Positions 61,670 to 64,000 of a stretch of DNA of 64,000 nucleotides are shown one piece after another. The stretch lies in NCBI GenBank assembly GCA_040285825.1, contig JAUPSS010000001.1:2108001-2172000 (forward strand), in the 5' to 3' direction. The position numbers and the translations under genes were made by a program. This DNA is from Eukaryota sp. TZLM1-RC. Taxonomy: Eukaryota > Protista > Metamonada: BaSk clade. The notes under the pieces were generated by a model. It saw only the letters and a program-made list of their open reading frames with translations, was not told the origin of the DNA and made no database searches. Each line of letters starts with the position of its first letter. The stretch's first letter is position 1.

Positions 61670-63530
61670 CTATCTACAACACAGATACTGAGGCCTTTCA
61701 TTGCCACTCATCCTCGCTTCAGCAATTGCAAACATATTCAGACAAGCCAACTTATTTCTATTGAAAAGCATTGTTGAGCCTTTGTTACTGAGTTTGCAAC
61801 TCTCGCTATTGCAAGCTAATAAACCATGACATGTAGTAACAGGGGTCTTTTCTCTTCTATAGAATCTGGGATTTTTTACTCTCAAAAACGTAGCAACCTT
61901 TTCAAAACAAACAGGACATTTTGCTGAAGTGAAAGCTTCATTAATCATCAATACTTCAAATCCATTTCTTTTCAGGAATTGAATCCATCCAATGCCTCGA
62001 GTAGGTCTCTGATGTTTCAAATTCTTAAAACCTTTTTTACCATAATCACCCATTAGTATTAAAGTGTCTTTTGGATTGCCAAACTGCTGAACAAGGCTTT
62101 GTAACAACCAACTTTCAGTCTTTTGCTTGTGAAGAAAAGCTTGCATTTTATGAATGTTCCACAAGTCAACACTGTAAAAGTCAATTGTCAAAAAAACTTG
62201 CCTAAGTTTGGCAACCACAAAGTTGGAAAAATCTATAAAAGTTGCTGAATTGGCAGCAAATGCGTGACAATTCGATGTTTGCATCTTCAATTGTCATTTC
62301 GTTAGACTCTATCAATTGGTTCCTGTCGTAATCTACCTCAGTATACTTTATCGCCCATCGTTTTTGCTTTTCATTCATCCTACTCTTCAAAGACCAGGAC
62401 ATTTGAGTCATTTTCAACCATTTGTACTTCTTGTCTTGATTCATCACCCGACTATTTCTTTGCTGTTCAGTTTCATATTCAGGCACCATGGCTAAGTCTT
62501 CATCAGTCTTTTTACTCGCAAGATACAATAAATCATGTTTTCCAGGATCACCAACAACAATTCGTTTTTCTTGAAAAGTATCAACATCAACATCATTAAT
62601 ATATAAATCAGAAATACCAGCCTTTTTTGTCTGGCTTACATTTCTGACTTTGTAAATCCTGACGAACAAATTCTACTGCAAAATTAAATCCATCTGTGTG
62701 GATAATGTTGTTGAATTTATAGCTCTTCTGTTTGAACATTGGTTGGTTTTAATCTAGAATATTAAACCAAAAGTCAAATTGCTGAGGTGGTTTGAATTTC
62801 GTAATTTGGGCTAATGTATTGTATAAATCATCCATCAATGTTTGTCTAATAATTGTCCATAGTGTTCTTGTATCAATAGCAATATCTCCTGGACCTACAG
62901 TGGATGAATCAGGAGAAATATGATAAGGTTTTTTCTCTCTACTGGAAATATATTGGGCAATTTGTAATTGCTGGTTTTAGGAATATTTGAGGATCTTTTT
63001 CAACAGCCTCTGCAAGAAAATATATATCCACTGGAAATATGTTGTCAACTAAATTCTCGTCAGTGACCAAATTTTCAATTTGACAACTAAATGGCTCAAT
63101 AATACCTTCAAATATGTCTCTAAGTTCTTTATTTCTTATATCATATTGTTCACATAAATCGAAAAATTCATCATTCAGAAGGTCTGAAATATTTTCTGGA
63201 TGATGAAACAAAGAACTCAAGCAATCTCTATCATCAATTAAAAACAAGTTTTGAATTGATGAAGCCTAATAAATCTATAATTTATTGTATATATTATATA
63301 TAAATAATTGTAGTTAATGGCGTTAAATATATACCCAGCTTGTGCATTTTTGATAACACTTTTTCCACATCTGGTTTGTCAAAATAAACATTAATAAATC
63401 GATTAATATGTTTTTCATAATTTAATTTCAAATTATTCTCAAAATTGTTGGAAAACATTACTGGAGCCATACTCAGGTGGTCTACTGAAACCATCAGTTG
63501 AAAATCGTGGAAAAAACTCAAATCTATATC
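61670..63530 (-). pseudogene. Fanzor1 nuclease pseudogene
   Basis: FENNLKLNY..HINRFIN, IAIDTRTL, IHTDG, RuvC-I VGDPGK, LMGDYG, RuvC-II INEAFTSAKCPVC, HGLLAC...C, NRNKLACLN, ERPQYL; multiple frameshifts. Confidence 0.88.
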
Positions 63531-64000
63531 TCAAATGGTCTACATTACTTAAAGTTTTGTTCAACTTTTGTTGTTCAAAGGTAATCGGTAATGTATAATC
63601 TCCTCCACCATAAACAAAGCACTACATCAACACTAATAAAGGTAACATTTGCATTGTTGATACCAACAACAGTTTGGGATATATGACCAGTAAGTGAGGA
63701 GTAAAAACAATAATAAGTGAGGGTAGTGGTTCTGGGGGTAGTGGGCGTGGGAGTGCTATTAGTGTGCTCAACCATGGATTGTAAATCTCCAAAATCGGCG
63801 TATTCAGTGGAATTGTGACGCTTAGGAAGGAGCCATCCATGGACATTAGTGGCATGGTAATTAATGTAAGGAACACTTCGGCCAAAAATTGCTGTGCGTA
63901 GTAGTAGTACGACATGAAGTTTCATGGAGAAAGGAAAACAACAATTTAATGAACCAACATGTGCCCTCTCTTTCAGCATTGGGGTTTCTAGTGGAACCGT

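Noticed and set aside
63575-63979. Overlapping minus-strand ORFs at the window edge
   Set aside because: No recognisable motifs; truncated context.
1-64000. CRISPR-like array
   Set aside because: No regularly spaced repeat-spacer series seen; the recurring ~60-bp motif is a dispersed retroposon 3' tail.
1-64000. Alternative genetic code
   Set aside because: Conserved genes end in TAA, TAG and TGA and have no internal stops once short introns are removed.

Overview
Gene-dense, AT-rich eukaryotic nuclear DNA, probably from a flagellated protist (metamonad-like by intron style and a bacterial-type glucokinase; taxon inferred, not proven). It uses the standard genetic code. Compact housekeeping genes (tRNA-Ser, Rab-like, prominin-like, Sen54, glucokinase, SNF2/BRG1, EFCAB9-like, PDI, glutaredoxin, LSM1, USP10-like, CFAP52-like) carry tiny 27-32 nt introns, and the spacers between them are filled with transposon debris (many CRE/R2-type RLE retroposon fragments, a pogo relic, a hAT MITE). 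Highlights: (1) three Fanzor1 (eukaryotic TnpB/OMEGA nuclease) loci, one near-intact with a full D-E-D RuvC triad, a downstream omegaRNA-like hairpin and a 9-bp flanking direct repeat, and all three lying co-directionally just upstream of host genes; (2) an intact SAMD9/Avs9-like AlbA_2(Schlafen)-STAND-helical protein; (3) a giant RING + GBP-like GTPase + Cys/His repeat + vWA gene; (4) a 7-kb Ty3/Gypsy chromovirus with only 80-bp LTRs, inserted into the 64-nt gap between a Fanzor stop codon and the SAMD9-like start codon.
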